Origin: Phoronis australis
Lineage: Eukaryota > Animalia > Phoronida
NCBI GenBank assembly: GCA_002633005.1
Contig: NMRA01000326.1
Location: 86,675-150,674, forward strand
Length of the DNA: 64,000 nucleotides
Reading direction: 5' to 3'
Shown here: piece by piece, positions 39,101 through 48,200 of the stretch
Numbering within the stretch: position 1 is the first letter of the stretch
Layout of the letters: each line of letters starts with the position of its first letter
Notes under the pieces: model-generated
Told to the model about the DNA's origin: nothing
Databases searched by the model: none
The model's input: the letters and a program-made list of their open reading frames with translations, nothing else
Program-made: the position numbers and the translations under genes

Positions 39101-42100
39101 TTTCATGAAAATACACGGAGGAACTCTGAATATAAAAGAGCTAAATGTAAAAAACAAAACTGTCCCTATAAATAAAAATAATTGCAGGTGGTCTGATACA
39201 CGTATCAGACATGCACAGGTCGCACATGTGGGCCCATTGCACTGATCACCTGGAACCATTTTTATGCTTCACTAACATATACTAAAACCGAGCTGAGGAC
39301 CAAGAAACCTGACTCAAGGGTTTAGCAGTGCACCTCAGTGGGACTCGAACCTAAGATCTTGAGTAAAGAAAGCGAGCACCTATCACACTAGGCCATACTG
39401 CCTCCTCAAACTGTCACTAGGAGGCGCAGTGGTAGTCAGATCCATTTGAAAGTATTAGTCAAAGACACCAAATTACATAAAGCTCCAACAAATGGTTAAG
39501 GAGTTACAGTCGATTTTGAAAAGAAAAATGCCAAAAGGGGGTTCCACAAAAATTGCAACCGTCCGAGAATCAGCATATGGTCTTTTCAACAGGAACACAA
39601 ATGCCAATAATAATCCTTCAAGCAGTTTGGCAGGTAAAGAAGCGAATGTCGAAAAACAGGATACTAAATAATAATAGAAAAGATCACTAGGTGGTGCCGA
39701 ATACATTTAAGGCTTCATCAAATCCTTAACTGAAGCCTAATAGTATGAAAATCCCTCAAGGAGCTCCAAAGATAAAGAAGCAAAATTAAAATATTAAATT
39801 GCAACAATAGGGCACAGTGCCAGGGTGAGAATTTTACTCGTTTGAAACGCTCTGAGAGCGTGGAGTATTGGAACACTGTGTAAAGCATGTCTTACGTGTC
39901 AAACGTGGCATGTCAAATGTGGCATGGCAAACAGGTAAAACATGGCTTGTAAAACGTGTAAAATGTGGCAAAAACGTGTAAAACATGGCAAAAACGTGTA
40001 ATTTTCGTTCCAATATTCCACATTTGACATGCCTAGCGTGTCAAATGTTGCGCATTTGACACGCTGGCTTGTAAAATGTGGTACTTTGTGAATGCTAGTG
40101 TGTATTACATGGTGCCTTTGCCACGCTAGCGTGTAATCTGCCATTGCCATGGTACCGACCCCACACTTAGTCTGAGGATGGACAAACCATAACGTTCTTG
40201 TTTATCGCATTGTACCATGCGCCATGTGAATCCATACTTAAAGCAAACGTATCCTAGAATAAAGGGATTTTTTCTTTAAATCACAGTTTATTGTGAAATA
40301 TAAATAATCCAAAATGTGATAATAATATAGAAATCTTTAAAAGCATAATGTAGCTAAACAATTCTTACCACAGACTGTTGTCACTAAATTTCATTATGTG
40401 CAGAATAAAGTTAACACAGAAACTAGAAAATGGTTCAAGACACAAGTTCTACGTGCTTAAGATACTAAGTAACCATGTGACCATTTGCCCAGAACTCCAA
40501 AATCAACAGCTACATATAACTACATTTCACTGATTACTGTTTGCTTAGTCTTCATCAACAGGGATGTGAAGTAGTCAGTCACATAATGACACATCATGTT
40601 TGTACAATCACTGTCTGTCTGCTATGTCTCATAAAATTGTGAATATGCAAATGACGTACTAGAGCCTGAAACCATCCAAGAACTAGTTACTACAATTACA
40701 ATCTCACGAAAGTCTTGTTTTGCGAGACTATACTAATATGTCATCATTACCCTCATAAAACAAGGCACAGTCTTTATTATTTGTTCACGTCACAATCAAA
40801 TAACGATTGCGTAATTTTCAGAATTACTAGGGTTTTCTACGCTTGTTTTAAGTGTATCAGTAGTGGTATTTTCTTTAAAACTGCATTTTATTTACAACTT
40901 GTTTCTTTTCCTGGTTATACTTGTACACACAGTTCTCCAGAAAGTCCCAAATATTCACAATTTCATGAGACATAGCACCTTTAAGTCACTGGCCAGAAGA
41001 CCAATGATTGAGGCTAACATGTCATTGAAGAAACACGTGCTTGTAAAGTGTGCCACGGCATCAGAAATGTTGGTTTCAGCCTTTAACAACAGGTCAGATC
41101 ACATTGTACAATTACTCAAACTACACAGACAGAGAAATAATAGTCTTATGAATTACAACGTCCCACTTATTAGACAAATTTTTGAAATTCTCCAAATAAT
41201 CAAACGTAACGTATAAAATAAAATTGCTTTGGTTTGAAACTTTTGAAAATTCACACCATGACATTTCCAAACCTTCAGTTAAAGCTGCATTTCGCCTGGT
41301 TTAGCAAAAGGCTAAACAAGAAAATCTAATTATGGTGGGCCACTTCATCTCATAATATTTCTAGTTCCTACACTGCTGGATCATCACGTATGTATGTACG
41401 ATAATTACAGGAAAGTTTTTCGAATTAGAATACCATATGGCGGAATGGTGAAATTTTATTTTTTTCAAAATTTTCAACAAGACTAATCAAGAAAACAAAT
41501 TTACTTGATAATTACTTGGCGGAATTCTTCGAAGTCCGACAAGTATGTTGGTCTGCCGTCAAGTTTGTTTCTTGTTTTAGTCCGATTCGCACGAAATTCG
41601 AACATGACGTGTAGATCTGGAAGTCATGGAAGCCTATTATTTTTGGTCATGATCGGATTCAAAATGGCGGACGTGGCGGCCATTTTGTTTACGGTTTCAG
41701 ATTCAAATGCTCATAGAGGCTGCATTTTTCAACGTACAGAGCGGAAACTTGGTACAATTATTTCAGAACACAAGTACTACAACTGCGCGGTAAATCGTTA
41801 ACTTACGGTCAAAGATTGCAGAAATATTGGCCATGGCGCATGCGTACCTCGATATCTGGCCCAAAACATTTTCTCCTGTAGAGGGTGCATTGCTGGTCCA
41901 ATCATTTTCAATCTCATCACCTGTTTGTTTCGTTTGACTGGCTATTGTAAAAGTTTGTTTAACCGGAAGTCACTTTCAAGATGGCGGCTCTGGCAAATTT
42001 TCACCCATTTTCGATCGTTCTGCGGTCGCATTTTTAACGGGAAGAGCAAATGATGTGCATTTTTGCATGTGGATTCCTTGAAGTATGCTCTTTCAAGAGT

Positions 42101-45100
42101 TTTGCAATAACGTTTCTCTCGGAATTCCCGTTTTCGCAAAATTTCAACTTTTTCGAAAAATTTACGGAATTGTGAGTTACTGTCAATTTAGATAGAGTTT
42201 TGAAAGGGCTTTCAGATGTTTTCCAGTTTTCCCTAGGACGTCTACTTTGCGAATTATTCGAGATTTTTTTAATTCGTTCCTTTGTTGAGCGCTCTTGCTG
42301 CATTGATGTTGGTTTAGCTTCTATTGTACAAGACTGCAGCCTATTTCTTATTAATTTCTTCGCTAGTCACATGAATATTATCGTGTTGTTCATAATCGCC
42401 GCCTTCATCGTCATCATCGTCATCGTCGTTGTTGTCACCCTCCCGATTGTCGTGTTTTCACTTAATTTCACCAAGTGTCGCTCCTCTGAGCACTATCGTT
42501 TTAAAACTTTAATCGATACGATGGTCATCAACAAACACAATGAAATGTTGAACATTTTTAACAATACAGAAGAAATTGAAAATGAAAAATTTCAATTTTG
42601 GTGACTATGTCTGTTTGAATTTGAGAAAACATTACTGGATATATTTTCTTTGACTCCCAATATTCTGTGCCTGTAGTGTATTCTGTGCCTGTAATGTATT
42701 TGACTTTTCACCCTACCTGGAAAACTTATTAGAGCCTAATTAACCCTGTGACAGCAAATAGATTGATGGACAGGCAAAGCCTGGTTTAAAGTGAGAAGGC
42801 ACTGGGTTAGGTGAGCATCTGGTCAAATCAATCCAACATACCTAAAATAGTGTTTGACTTTGAACAAGGTAGCCACAACAAGCTGGACTAAATCTCTGAA
42901 CTGTTTAACTCATTGATTGCCAGCAAAGACTATTCAAGCTCAATGAATTTTGTGCCCTACATAAAATAGAAAACCACAAAACATAGTATAGTCACAAGAT
43001 ACTGTTACCAATTAAAAATATGCTTCCACAACGTCACTGTTAACCAGAAAAAACATTTCAGAAAATTGACGCAGCAAGGTAAACACGTAAAATGAGCAAT
43101 ATGGTTTGAGTCTTACGAGTAAAAATTGATGAAAAACATGAATGTTTTCCAGGTGAAGCACCACAGAGCTAATTCAATATGAAATACAAGAAACACAAAG
43201 ATATGTGAAGACGGTCGCCACAGGTTTCATTCATTATGCCAACTACAAAGACTGCCCAGCAGCATGAAACAGTACACCACAGGAAATTCATTATACGCTA
43301 AGTCAAGAAGGGCATATCACCTTGTTCAGAGTTTTCTTGTTAAAATGTAATTGTGTAATACAACTGTAGTTTTGATACAAAAGTAAGATTTCGACTGCAG
43401 TGGTGACATTTCACAGGTTAGGACAAACTAAAACCATTGTAAAGTCACAATTATTACAAATATCAATTACAAATTGAGCATGATGGCTCAAAGTTTTGGG
43501 GTGTCATAAGCTTACATTTCCAATGACTCATTTTCAAACAACTTGAGCATAATCCTGTCTCCTGAAAAACTAGACGAGGCACGATGTCTGAAGATTCAAA
43601 ATGAAGATAATAACTTTATTCACCACATCCGAGTCATGTTCACTGCATAACCTATGGCAGTATGGATTATCACGACTGTTACAGTCTCTTTAGACTCAAG
43701 TATATAGTAATGGTATGCTAGCACACCAACTATTATCAGCAATGCACAGGGGATCATTTTAACACTACTTCCTACTTCTTTACAAAACAACAGCTACTTG
43801 AATGCAGTGCTCAATATACTCAAACTTTGCGTCTACTTACTATATGATGCCACCAGTAATGGTACCAACGCATATCAGAAGGCTGCAATAGAAAACATTT
43901 CATGAGTCAAGTAAACAACACTGAACTTACTAATACAATGTCTAAGAGATAAAAATGCTGTTAATGGTTACTTTCCGTAAATATTCGACGTTAAAAACCA
44001 ATGCTAACGTAAGCAACCTCATTTTAAAAAAATTCTGAATTAAGCATTTGCTACTTGACTAAATGCTTACGTTCAACTTTTGATAATTTTCAATTAACCA
44101 CACACCGCTCAAGCTAGTGCCCACTGGTGATCTATGACATTTAATTGATTTTCAAACCATTAAAGGCATGGTTTCAGATACAGAAATCAGATCAATTTCG
44201 AGTCGCAGTGTAGTTTGCAGTCATCGCTAGAATATCTTTTTCTGTTGGGTGTCTTTTGCATTACAATAAGAAAGGTTACATAGATGAAATTAATATTTAC
44301 AGACACTACATAGACTCTCATTCTATGCTACAACACTTATTTTTCAAAACAGAATCTGTCTTTTCTCGACGCCCTATAAGCCACATGCTGGCTTTGTTTG
44401 CCTCTAAAGGCACCGTGACTTAAGTGACATGGCGGGGCCATATTTCATTTTGCAGCTGATCTATTTTTTCCATACATGGCACATATTCGATGCCGCGGAG
44501 CACCTATCCTGAAAGCTCACCAAATGAAGTGTCCAGGTCACTAACACAAATGTTTACAGTAAAAAATACCTCACTTATCATGAATGGGAATGGTGAAACA
44601 AACATCGATAAAATATTTAAAAATTGTTGAATACTTGAAAACCCATAGAGCCAGTTAATATACTTGACGATTAATAGTCTTTATAATCATTGAGTGAATG
44701 TTGTGCCTAGACCACTGTGTACAAGCAATTTGAGTGTATGATAACATACCAGGATTCTGGAAACACGGACACTAAAAAGTCTGCATGGTGAAAACCTGAA
44801 ATGAAAACGAGTAGAATAGGAAAGTGGAAGATTATTCAATTTATTCATGAGTGAAGGGAAATCTGAATTAGAACTGCTTTAACAAGTTTGTTTCTAATGA
44901 CAGTAGAATTTCTTTAGATACAACATCCGAATTTCCAATTTCCAATTTCCGATTCTCACTTTTAAGGCTTAGGTTTCCATCCACTGCCTAAAAAGCTTTG
45001 TGACACAAATGTGCAGTGCACAACCAGTCCATTCTAAGCCCCTTGCTACATTGGCTTTGTGACACAATTGTGCAGTGCACAATCACTTCATTCTAAGCCC

Positions 45101-48100
45101 CTAGCTACATTGGCTACTAACTATCTGCCAATATTATATTCGATTCTAACACTGACGTCAATGTAGCTCACAAGACGTTAATTCAATCCACCATTCAGGA
45201 AAATGCCTGATTTTTTAAGTTCCCCAAGTAAAGCGCCCAGGGCACTAACCTGAACTAGTTTGGTACAGTAATCCAATAACTGGGACACTACCAGGGGGGG
45301 CTTACGGATTTTTACTAAGCTCAGTTGAACAAATTTCATTTGTTTGATTATGAGCTTGCCTGGATGGATAAAGATACACATTTCAAGACAAATCTTTTTA
45401 AACTCACTTTCAAATTAAAACAGTTACTTCATAAGTAAACTTGAAGTATTTTTGTCATATCCTGTTGTAAATAGCAGGAAATAATACATTGAACTGCACT
45501 ACTACAGTAAGAGCCTGCAAAAACTGGTTACAGTGTGATGTTGAGGACTGGACACCTATGATGAAAAGTGATCATAGCCCTCCGGGAAGTGCAGAGCATC
45601 AAGATATTTGTAATTATCAAATTAAAATATCACTCATATGCCACCCAATCAAAAGGCAAATCAGGGATTGGATCCAAAGTCACTGACTCATAAACTGAAG
45701 CTAATCGGATTATTAGCAACTTAATAACATTAAATAATACCCCTTCAAATCCTTTATTTTAGATTCAAGCTGTAGGCTCATGAACATGTTTAGACTAATT
45801 CCAATGTACTCTGGAAATCATGACACAAATGAAAAAAGCAATAAGCCGTGCAATACAGCTGGGGGGAATTAGGTTTCTGAAGATCATTTTCAATTGAACA
45901 GCATCATGTTCTAAATATAGAACCCCACAAAATGTCTAAATTTGTTTAATTTCGGAACACCATATTTCAGAAATGGCTGACTGGATTCATATGAGACCTT
46001 CAAGAACTATGGTTTATGCACAGCAGATAAAAAACAGAGTTAGAAATTGTTACTAAAGTGTTCCACTTTTGCACGAAAGGCTGTCAAAAAATAGGACTTC
46101 AGTCATTTTCATGAAAAAACTCAAGAGATGCCTGAAATGAAAAGGAAATAATTTAGAAAACTGTAACAGCCCATTTGATATGTTACCTTGAACATATCAA
46201 ATGACATATGATCATGTTTTTGCTACCATTGCTGAATGTTGCACATGTTTCATTTTTTCTAAATTACTAAAAATATATGGTCACAAAACCTAATTAATGG
46301 CAGATTGGTAAAAAGTCAAAAATCAGATTCTACAGACATTTTAAAATTTATATATTTTTAAATTTTTCACTAAATACCCAGGCTCGTGGATAAAACCCTA
46401 CACAACCTTAAACAAAAAATGTCTACTGAGAGAGCATCCAATACTAATTACCCAGTGCCCAATGATAAAAGCGATATGTTGGAAAATGTCATTTTGTAAT
46501 ATAGAGAATGCATAATAAATGCTTCATCACTAGATGGCAATACAAACTTGATTGAGAATGTTCAGTGTGACCTACAGCTACATCTGGTGATTTGGGATGG
46601 AGATTTAATCCAGTGGCATTTCATAGTCGTGCTTTTTTAATTCGCTTCGATAATCATACTATTCAGAGGGCTATTCAAATTATTAACGCAAGAAGTCCAG
46701 TTTTGCAGTAGTCTACCAACAAAAGAAACTGCCTTTTGACTTTGACAACAGAGCCAGTCATATTCACCGAAATTTGAAATCGAGTCAAGCAAAATTCACT
46801 TTGACACTCCGACGTTGAAATATTGTATAAGGTATGCTCAACTTAACTCAATGTTGTAAATAGTGCAAACTAAACAAACAGTCTCCTTGTGTGCAACAGA
46901 GAATGAGTTCGATAATTATGACCAATTCATTTATAAGTGAAAATATGATGTTCTGTTTAGAATATCACCACCAAATCACACCCTCATTACTGCTAAGCAC
47001 ACACGCTCCTGCATTATATCTAATGCTTAGTTCAGCTAGTGTTGGCTACTCCAACTACAAAGAGAGTGCGAGAACAGAGGTAGTGTGCCACAGTACAGAG
47101 GCTGACACAGTATAGCAGTGACACCAACCTACTTCAGTATACTCTCCCTGTCTCCAATTTCGTACCCAACAAGCTCAGTTGTTATCATGTCCCACTAGCC
47201 TAAATTGTAACAGTCAGTAATACGAAAATTGGAAAGGCAGAGGCCCCAGTTTTCAATCAGGATCTTATTTTCGTTCCTGTTTTGGAGTGTAGTAATTTGT
47301 TTGGATTTTGGCAAGGAAAGCAAGTATTTCTAACAAACACACAAGGTTAAACCATGAAGGAATTTGAATGACAGGACATTCCTTCACCTGAAAGGAAAGG
47401 TGCCCATGCCTTCTGAGATGGGAAAATGACCCTTAATCGCCACCAATTTCACACCCCAGTCATCACCAAATTTACCCTCACGAACATGACGTTTCAAGTG
47501 TGTTTCCGAGAGGAATGGGGTCGATATTTGGCTTCAAAATCAAGGCATCAAAGTCTGTGACTAGTTTATTGCTTTAAAGAGAAGATTCACCAGATTTATT
47601 TCAGGTTGAAGTTTAAGGTAAACAAATCAGTGCTGGTGAGTCTTAAAACGGCATTAATCATTCTCATATTAAGCTGACTGTGATTCTCAACTGAGGAGTG
47701 CAACCTTGAACTTCCACCAGTAATTATATATGAAACAGAGAATTTAATCAGCATCATTCATATGCCGTGTTGTTGATGACATTCACTGTAAACAAGGGAA
47801 ATCAACAATGCACTTTCTAGTGGTGCCACAGGCGTCTCAACTCACCAAGTTTTGCAAGTCCAGCAACCAGCACAAATAAACTAATCACCAACGGCTCTTT
47901 AACGTACTCAAATCTCCATGAAGCCACATGAATACTGGCATGAGCATCACCGTGACTATCATTGCCATGACTACCATTGCCATGACTGGCATTACCATGG
48001 CTCACATTTTTGGAATTAAATGTCCCATTTGTGGAAATGTTGTGGACTTCACCAACCCCACTAGTAGAAACATGGATGGTGCACCAGGCTACTAGCAGAA

Positions 48101-48140
48101 GACAAAGACGCTTGCCAACACCAACTGTTCCTGACATCAT
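11..48140 (-). CDS. SLC9A: Na+/H+ exchanger (SLC9A/NHE plasma-membrane type), multi-exon, C-terminus outside window
   Basis: Spliced translation gives the NHE signatures GFHHA..PESCLLI, FFLFLLPPIILEASY, AVDPVAVLAIF, FGESLFNDAVTVVLY, AEMFHFSGII, YGGLRGAV, FTVFIQGMSIKP. All junctions are GT-AG with compatible phases. Paralogue number cannot be assigned by eye. Confidence 0.97.
150..680. mobile_element. Degenerate copy of the Kolobok-type MITE at 3543-4056
   Basis: Shared colinear blocks, e.g. aaggtacaatcataggaaaacaatggtatcaata, ctcatgcaaa, gtatctgaaagt; ends approximate. Confidence 0.55.
815..970 (-). CDS. SLC9A: NHE exon 16 (156 bp; start of cytoplasmic tail)
   Basis: ttttttcag|GMSIKPFVKLLSIRRANEEKQMMFEAINDRVTDHVMAGVEEILGKFGNNMIR|gtaaga. 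Confidence 0.96.
1294..1422 (-). CDS. SLC9A: NHE exon 15 (129 bp)
   Basis: ttcattctag|SYGGLRGAVCFSLVTMLNKKEIPFKNMFQTTVLAVIIFTVFIQ|gtgact. Confidence 0.96.
1408..1590. repeat. Three ~62-bp tandem copies containing the exon-15 acceptor and its first codons
   Basis: cagtccac(c/a)ata(a/g)gacta(g/a)aat recurs at about 1408, 1469 and 1533. Confidence 0.85.
2099..2178 (-). CDS. SLC9A: NHE exon 14 (80 bp)
   Basis: gtgtttcag|VFSLTFIINNVQSRLRQISAKEQFIM|gtgagt. Confidence 0.95.
2320..3000 (+). mobile_element. Degenerate HINE copy (CTCF-motif family)
   Basis: tcataaaaatggccactagatggagc, aaaatccatcaaggaact and further decayed monomers match the 30269/33088 elements. Confidence 0.7.
3446..3555. repeat. 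31-bp tandem repeat derived from the MITE left end
   Basis: ttaaggttatgtaggacaaatactggctcat, 3 copies plus the element start. Confidence 0.9.
3543..4056. mobile_element. Non-autonomous TTAA-flanked DNA transposon (Kolobok-type MITE)
   Basis: TTAA-ggttatgtaggacc ... ggtcctacataatc-TTAA terminal inverted repeats. Confidence 0.8.
4087..4208 (-). CDS. SLC9A: NHE exon 13 (122 bp)
   Basis: tatcttgcag|ATCDSIIFLFLGFALVRQDHEWHSGFVFWTLFLCLVIRFL|gtatgt. Confidence 0.96.
5128..5223 (-). CDS. SLC9A: NHE exon 12 (96 bp)
   Basis: cactttacag|IIFCGLVQAQYAFHNLSNKSLTTVKYFTKMM(S)|gtaagt. Confidence 0.96.
5710..5791 (-). CDS. SLC9A: NHE exon 11 (82 bp)
   Basis: cgtttcag|VEPLAVFSLAYLSYLVAEMFHFSGII(S)|gtgagt. 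Confidence 0.96.
6767..6878 (-). CDS. SLC9A: NHE exon 10 (112 bp)
   Basis: tgatttcag|IALGFLQFLSVSLCGTAIGLLFGVVTSFFTKLTKHVR(V)|gtttgt. Confidence 0.94.
7314..8715 (+). mobile_element. Nested pogo/Tc1-like non-autonomous element with a decayed HIRAN-like ORF
   Basis: TA-tcatattcgccctaatgagcg ... cgcttattagggcaaatacga-TA; 8326-8530 reads SIRSLHVY*EIWNP...NLDDEYTVSVLKDQTTVVGHVPCEISK. Confidence 0.7.
8879..8987 (+). mobile_element. 3' tail fragment of the tRNA-derived SINE
   Basis: aagcataaaaat..ttccaggtgatcagtgcaatg..atcagaccacctgcaattatttt matches the reverse complement of 39171-39270. Confidence 0.8.
10941..11080. repeat. 23-bp minisatellite (also 14686-14776)
   Basis: ggtgggtggcaatacacaagtag, about 6 copies, starting just downstream of the exon-9 donor. 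Confidence 0.95.
11095..11165 (-). CDS. SLC9A: NHE exon 9, copy B (duplicate)
   Basis: Same peptide as 14793-14863; one synonymous Ser difference (AGT vs AGC). Confidence 0.88.
11270..13662 (+). mobile_element. 5'-truncated, frameshifted non-LTR retrotransposon with RT and RNase H (LOA/R1-group-like)
   Basis: FKPWKSPGLD, WTEARVVFIPKPGK, QYAYRPGFSTET, decayed AYEND (YADD), RNase H CYTDGSK/TVFQAEITAI/IFSDSQAAIKAL/HVGIDGNENAD, C-terminal LSGHCNL..H..VCP..ETPKHL, T-rich tail. Confidence 0.9.
13926..14001 (-). CDS. SLC9A: NHE exon 8, copy B (duplicate)
   Basis: Same sequence as 19392-19467, offset 5466 bp. Confidence 0.85.
14793..14863 (-). CDS. SLC9A: NHE exon 9, copy A (71 bp)
   Basis: ctttcag|(D)AVTVVLYNMMISFNKMSVISGDQ|gtatgt. 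Confidence 0.88.
15263..15500. repeat. 14-bp minisatellite inside the LINE RT (about 17 units; about 7 units at 11578-11673)
   Basis: Unit ctctctacggagac. Confidence 0.95.
16995..18673. mobile_element. 1679-bp non-autonomous Kolobok-type DNA transposon
   Basis: TTAA at 16991-16994 and 18674-18677; imperfect TIR AGTAGAATACCACC / AGGAGCATGCCACC; empty site gggcatcac-TTAA-ctcctgcag at about 13191. Confidence 0.88.
19392..19467 (-). CDS. SLC9A: NHE exon 8, copy A (76 bp)
   Basis: ttattttcag|VLAIFQEVHVNNVLYFLVFGESLFN(D)|gtgagt. Confidence 0.9.
20444..20562 (-). CDS. SLC9A: NHE exon 7 (119 bp)
   Basis: cgtttgtag|PLIYALATGGAMGGGTVMSLTILQCLVFSALVVAVDPVA|gtaagt. Confidence 0.96.
20651..20786. repeat. 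Degenerate ~25-32-bp minisatellite
   Basis: agcagcacattcac(ttccac)ccaatcacag, about 5 copies. Confidence 0.85.
21166..21193 (-). CDS. SLC9A: NHE exon 6 (28-bp microexon)
   Basis: ctctttttcag|GTVINCFVI(G)|gtaagt; bridges YAVL and PLIYAL in phase. Confidence 0.92.
21303..21992 (+). mobile_element. Solo LTR (690 bp)
   Basis: TGTCA...TGACA termini, perfect 5-bp TSD TAATG, TATAAAT at 21575, AATAAA at 21886. Confidence 0.88.
22410..24036. mobile_element. Degenerate pogo/Tc1-like non-autonomous element
   Basis: Right end ggacttatattcggaaatctacggt; partial left match tataagtc with repeated tttcggac subterminal motifs; CpG-richer than flanks. Confidence 0.5.
24486..25222. other. 368-bp direct duplication across the single N at 24854
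   Basis: 24486-24853 vs 24855-25222, about 4 substitutions. Confidence 0.9.
25587..25626. repeat. Perfect 19-bp inverted repeat with 2-nt spacer
   Basis: tgcacagtcagagatgttt-tt-aaacatctctgactgtgca. Confidence 0.95.
26208..27806. other. ~750-bp direct duplication across the single N at 27058
   Basis: 26208-26958 vs 27059-27806, a few percent divergent. Confidence 0.88.
26961..27057 (+). mobile_element. HINE end truncated by the N junction
   Basis: aacaagagcaacgcagagcgttgaaatgcgcccac matches the family terminus. Confidence 0.85.
30269..31467 (+). mobile_element. Helentron-associated non-autonomous element (HINE/DINE-1-like) with both ends
   Basis: aacaagagcaacgc.gag.gtt hairpin plus subTIR atgcgc.cac at one end, gtgggcgcataaaaa at the other, ~150-bp internal repeats. 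Confidence 0.85.
32210..32291 (-). CDS. SLC9A: NHE exon 5 (82 bp)
   Basis: ttattacag|IILEASYSLHDRVFFDNIGTIMIYAVL|gtaagt. Confidence 0.96.
33088..36525 (+). mobile_element. HINE (outer) containing a nested HINE (34050-35726)
   Basis: Two left ends (33088, 34050) and two right ends (35726, 36525); ggacggacgg microsatellite; terminal hairpin atgcgtccacatataaatatgtgggcgcat; three-monomer ~445-bp higher-order repeat. Confidence 0.9.
36996..37073 (-). CDS. SLC9A: NHE exon 4 (78 bp)
   Basis: tattttacag|GASQESDSGFDTQLHPETFFLFLLP(P)|gtaagt. Confidence 0.93.
38956..39815 (+). mobile_element. Degenerate HINE interrupted by a SINE
   Basis: aacaagagcaacacgcaaagggttgaaacgtgcc start; decayed cactaggaggcgc and cactaggtggtgcc monomers. 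Confidence 0.75.
39171..39405 (-). mobile_element. tRNA-derived SINE, full length
   Basis: Head GGAGGCAGTATGGCCTAGTGTG (A box) and GGTTCGAGTCCC (B box), LINE-like 3' tail, 12-bp TSD aaactgtc(c/a)cta. Confidence 0.88.
39880..40150. repeat. Short-period degenerate repeat cluster, probable MITE interior
   Basis: Recurring catggcaaaaacgtgtaaaa and tgtcaaatgtggc motifs. Confidence 0.55.
41355..42530. mobile_element. Unclassified CpG-rich non-autonomous repeat
   Basis: caaaatggcggacgtggcggccattttg, caagatggcggc, gaaacttggtaca motifs and an (atcgtc)n tract; boundaries approximate. Confidence 0.45.
43841..43882 (-). CDS. SLC9A: NHE exon 3 (42 bp)
   Basis: ttctattgcag|(C)LLICVGTITGGII(Y)|gtaagt. 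Confidence 0.93.
44750..44795 (-). CDS. SLC9A: NHE exon 2 (46 bp)
   Basis: ttttcatttcag|(G)FHHADFLVSVFPES(C)|gtatgt. Confidence 0.95.
44995..45116. repeat. 59-bp tandem duplication
   Basis: gctttgtgacacaa.tgtgcagtgcacaa...gctacattg, 2 copies. Confidence 0.9.
47846..48140 (-). CDS. SLC9A: NHE coding exon 1 (signal-peptide-like N-terminus, N-x-S-H-G repeats, first TM)
   Basis: MMSGTVGVGKRLCLLLVAW...HVASWRFEYVKEPLVISLFVLVAGLAKL-G, donor G|gtgag. Upstream acceptor ttttccag| at 48208 implies a 5' UTR intron. Confidence 0.92.
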
Positions 48141-48144
48141 GCTT

Positions 48145-48200
48145 TTAAGTGTGGACTTGCGAGGTCACCATGCAAGGTCACCGAGAGCCAGGGGTGCCAT
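48145..48200 (-). promoter_or_regulatory. Two overlapping upstream ORFs in the NHE 5' UTR
   Basis: uORF1 48200-48165 MAPLALGDLAW* (acaATGG context); uORF2 48171-48145 MVTSQVHT*. Confidence 0.55.

Noticed and set aside
39300-39405. tRNA gene
   Set aside because: A and B boxes are present, but it continues into a LINE-like tail with a TSD, and related partial copies exist; it is a SINE.
42200-42604. 134-aa hydrophobic ORF
   Set aside because: The hydrophobic stretch comes from an (atcgtc)n microsatellite in a repeat; non-ATG start and no family motif.
48165-48167. Selenocysteine or readthrough at the in-frame TGA before the NHE start
   Set aside because: No SECIS can be assessed because the 3' UTR is outside the window, and the downstream ATG already precedes a signal-peptide-like segment.
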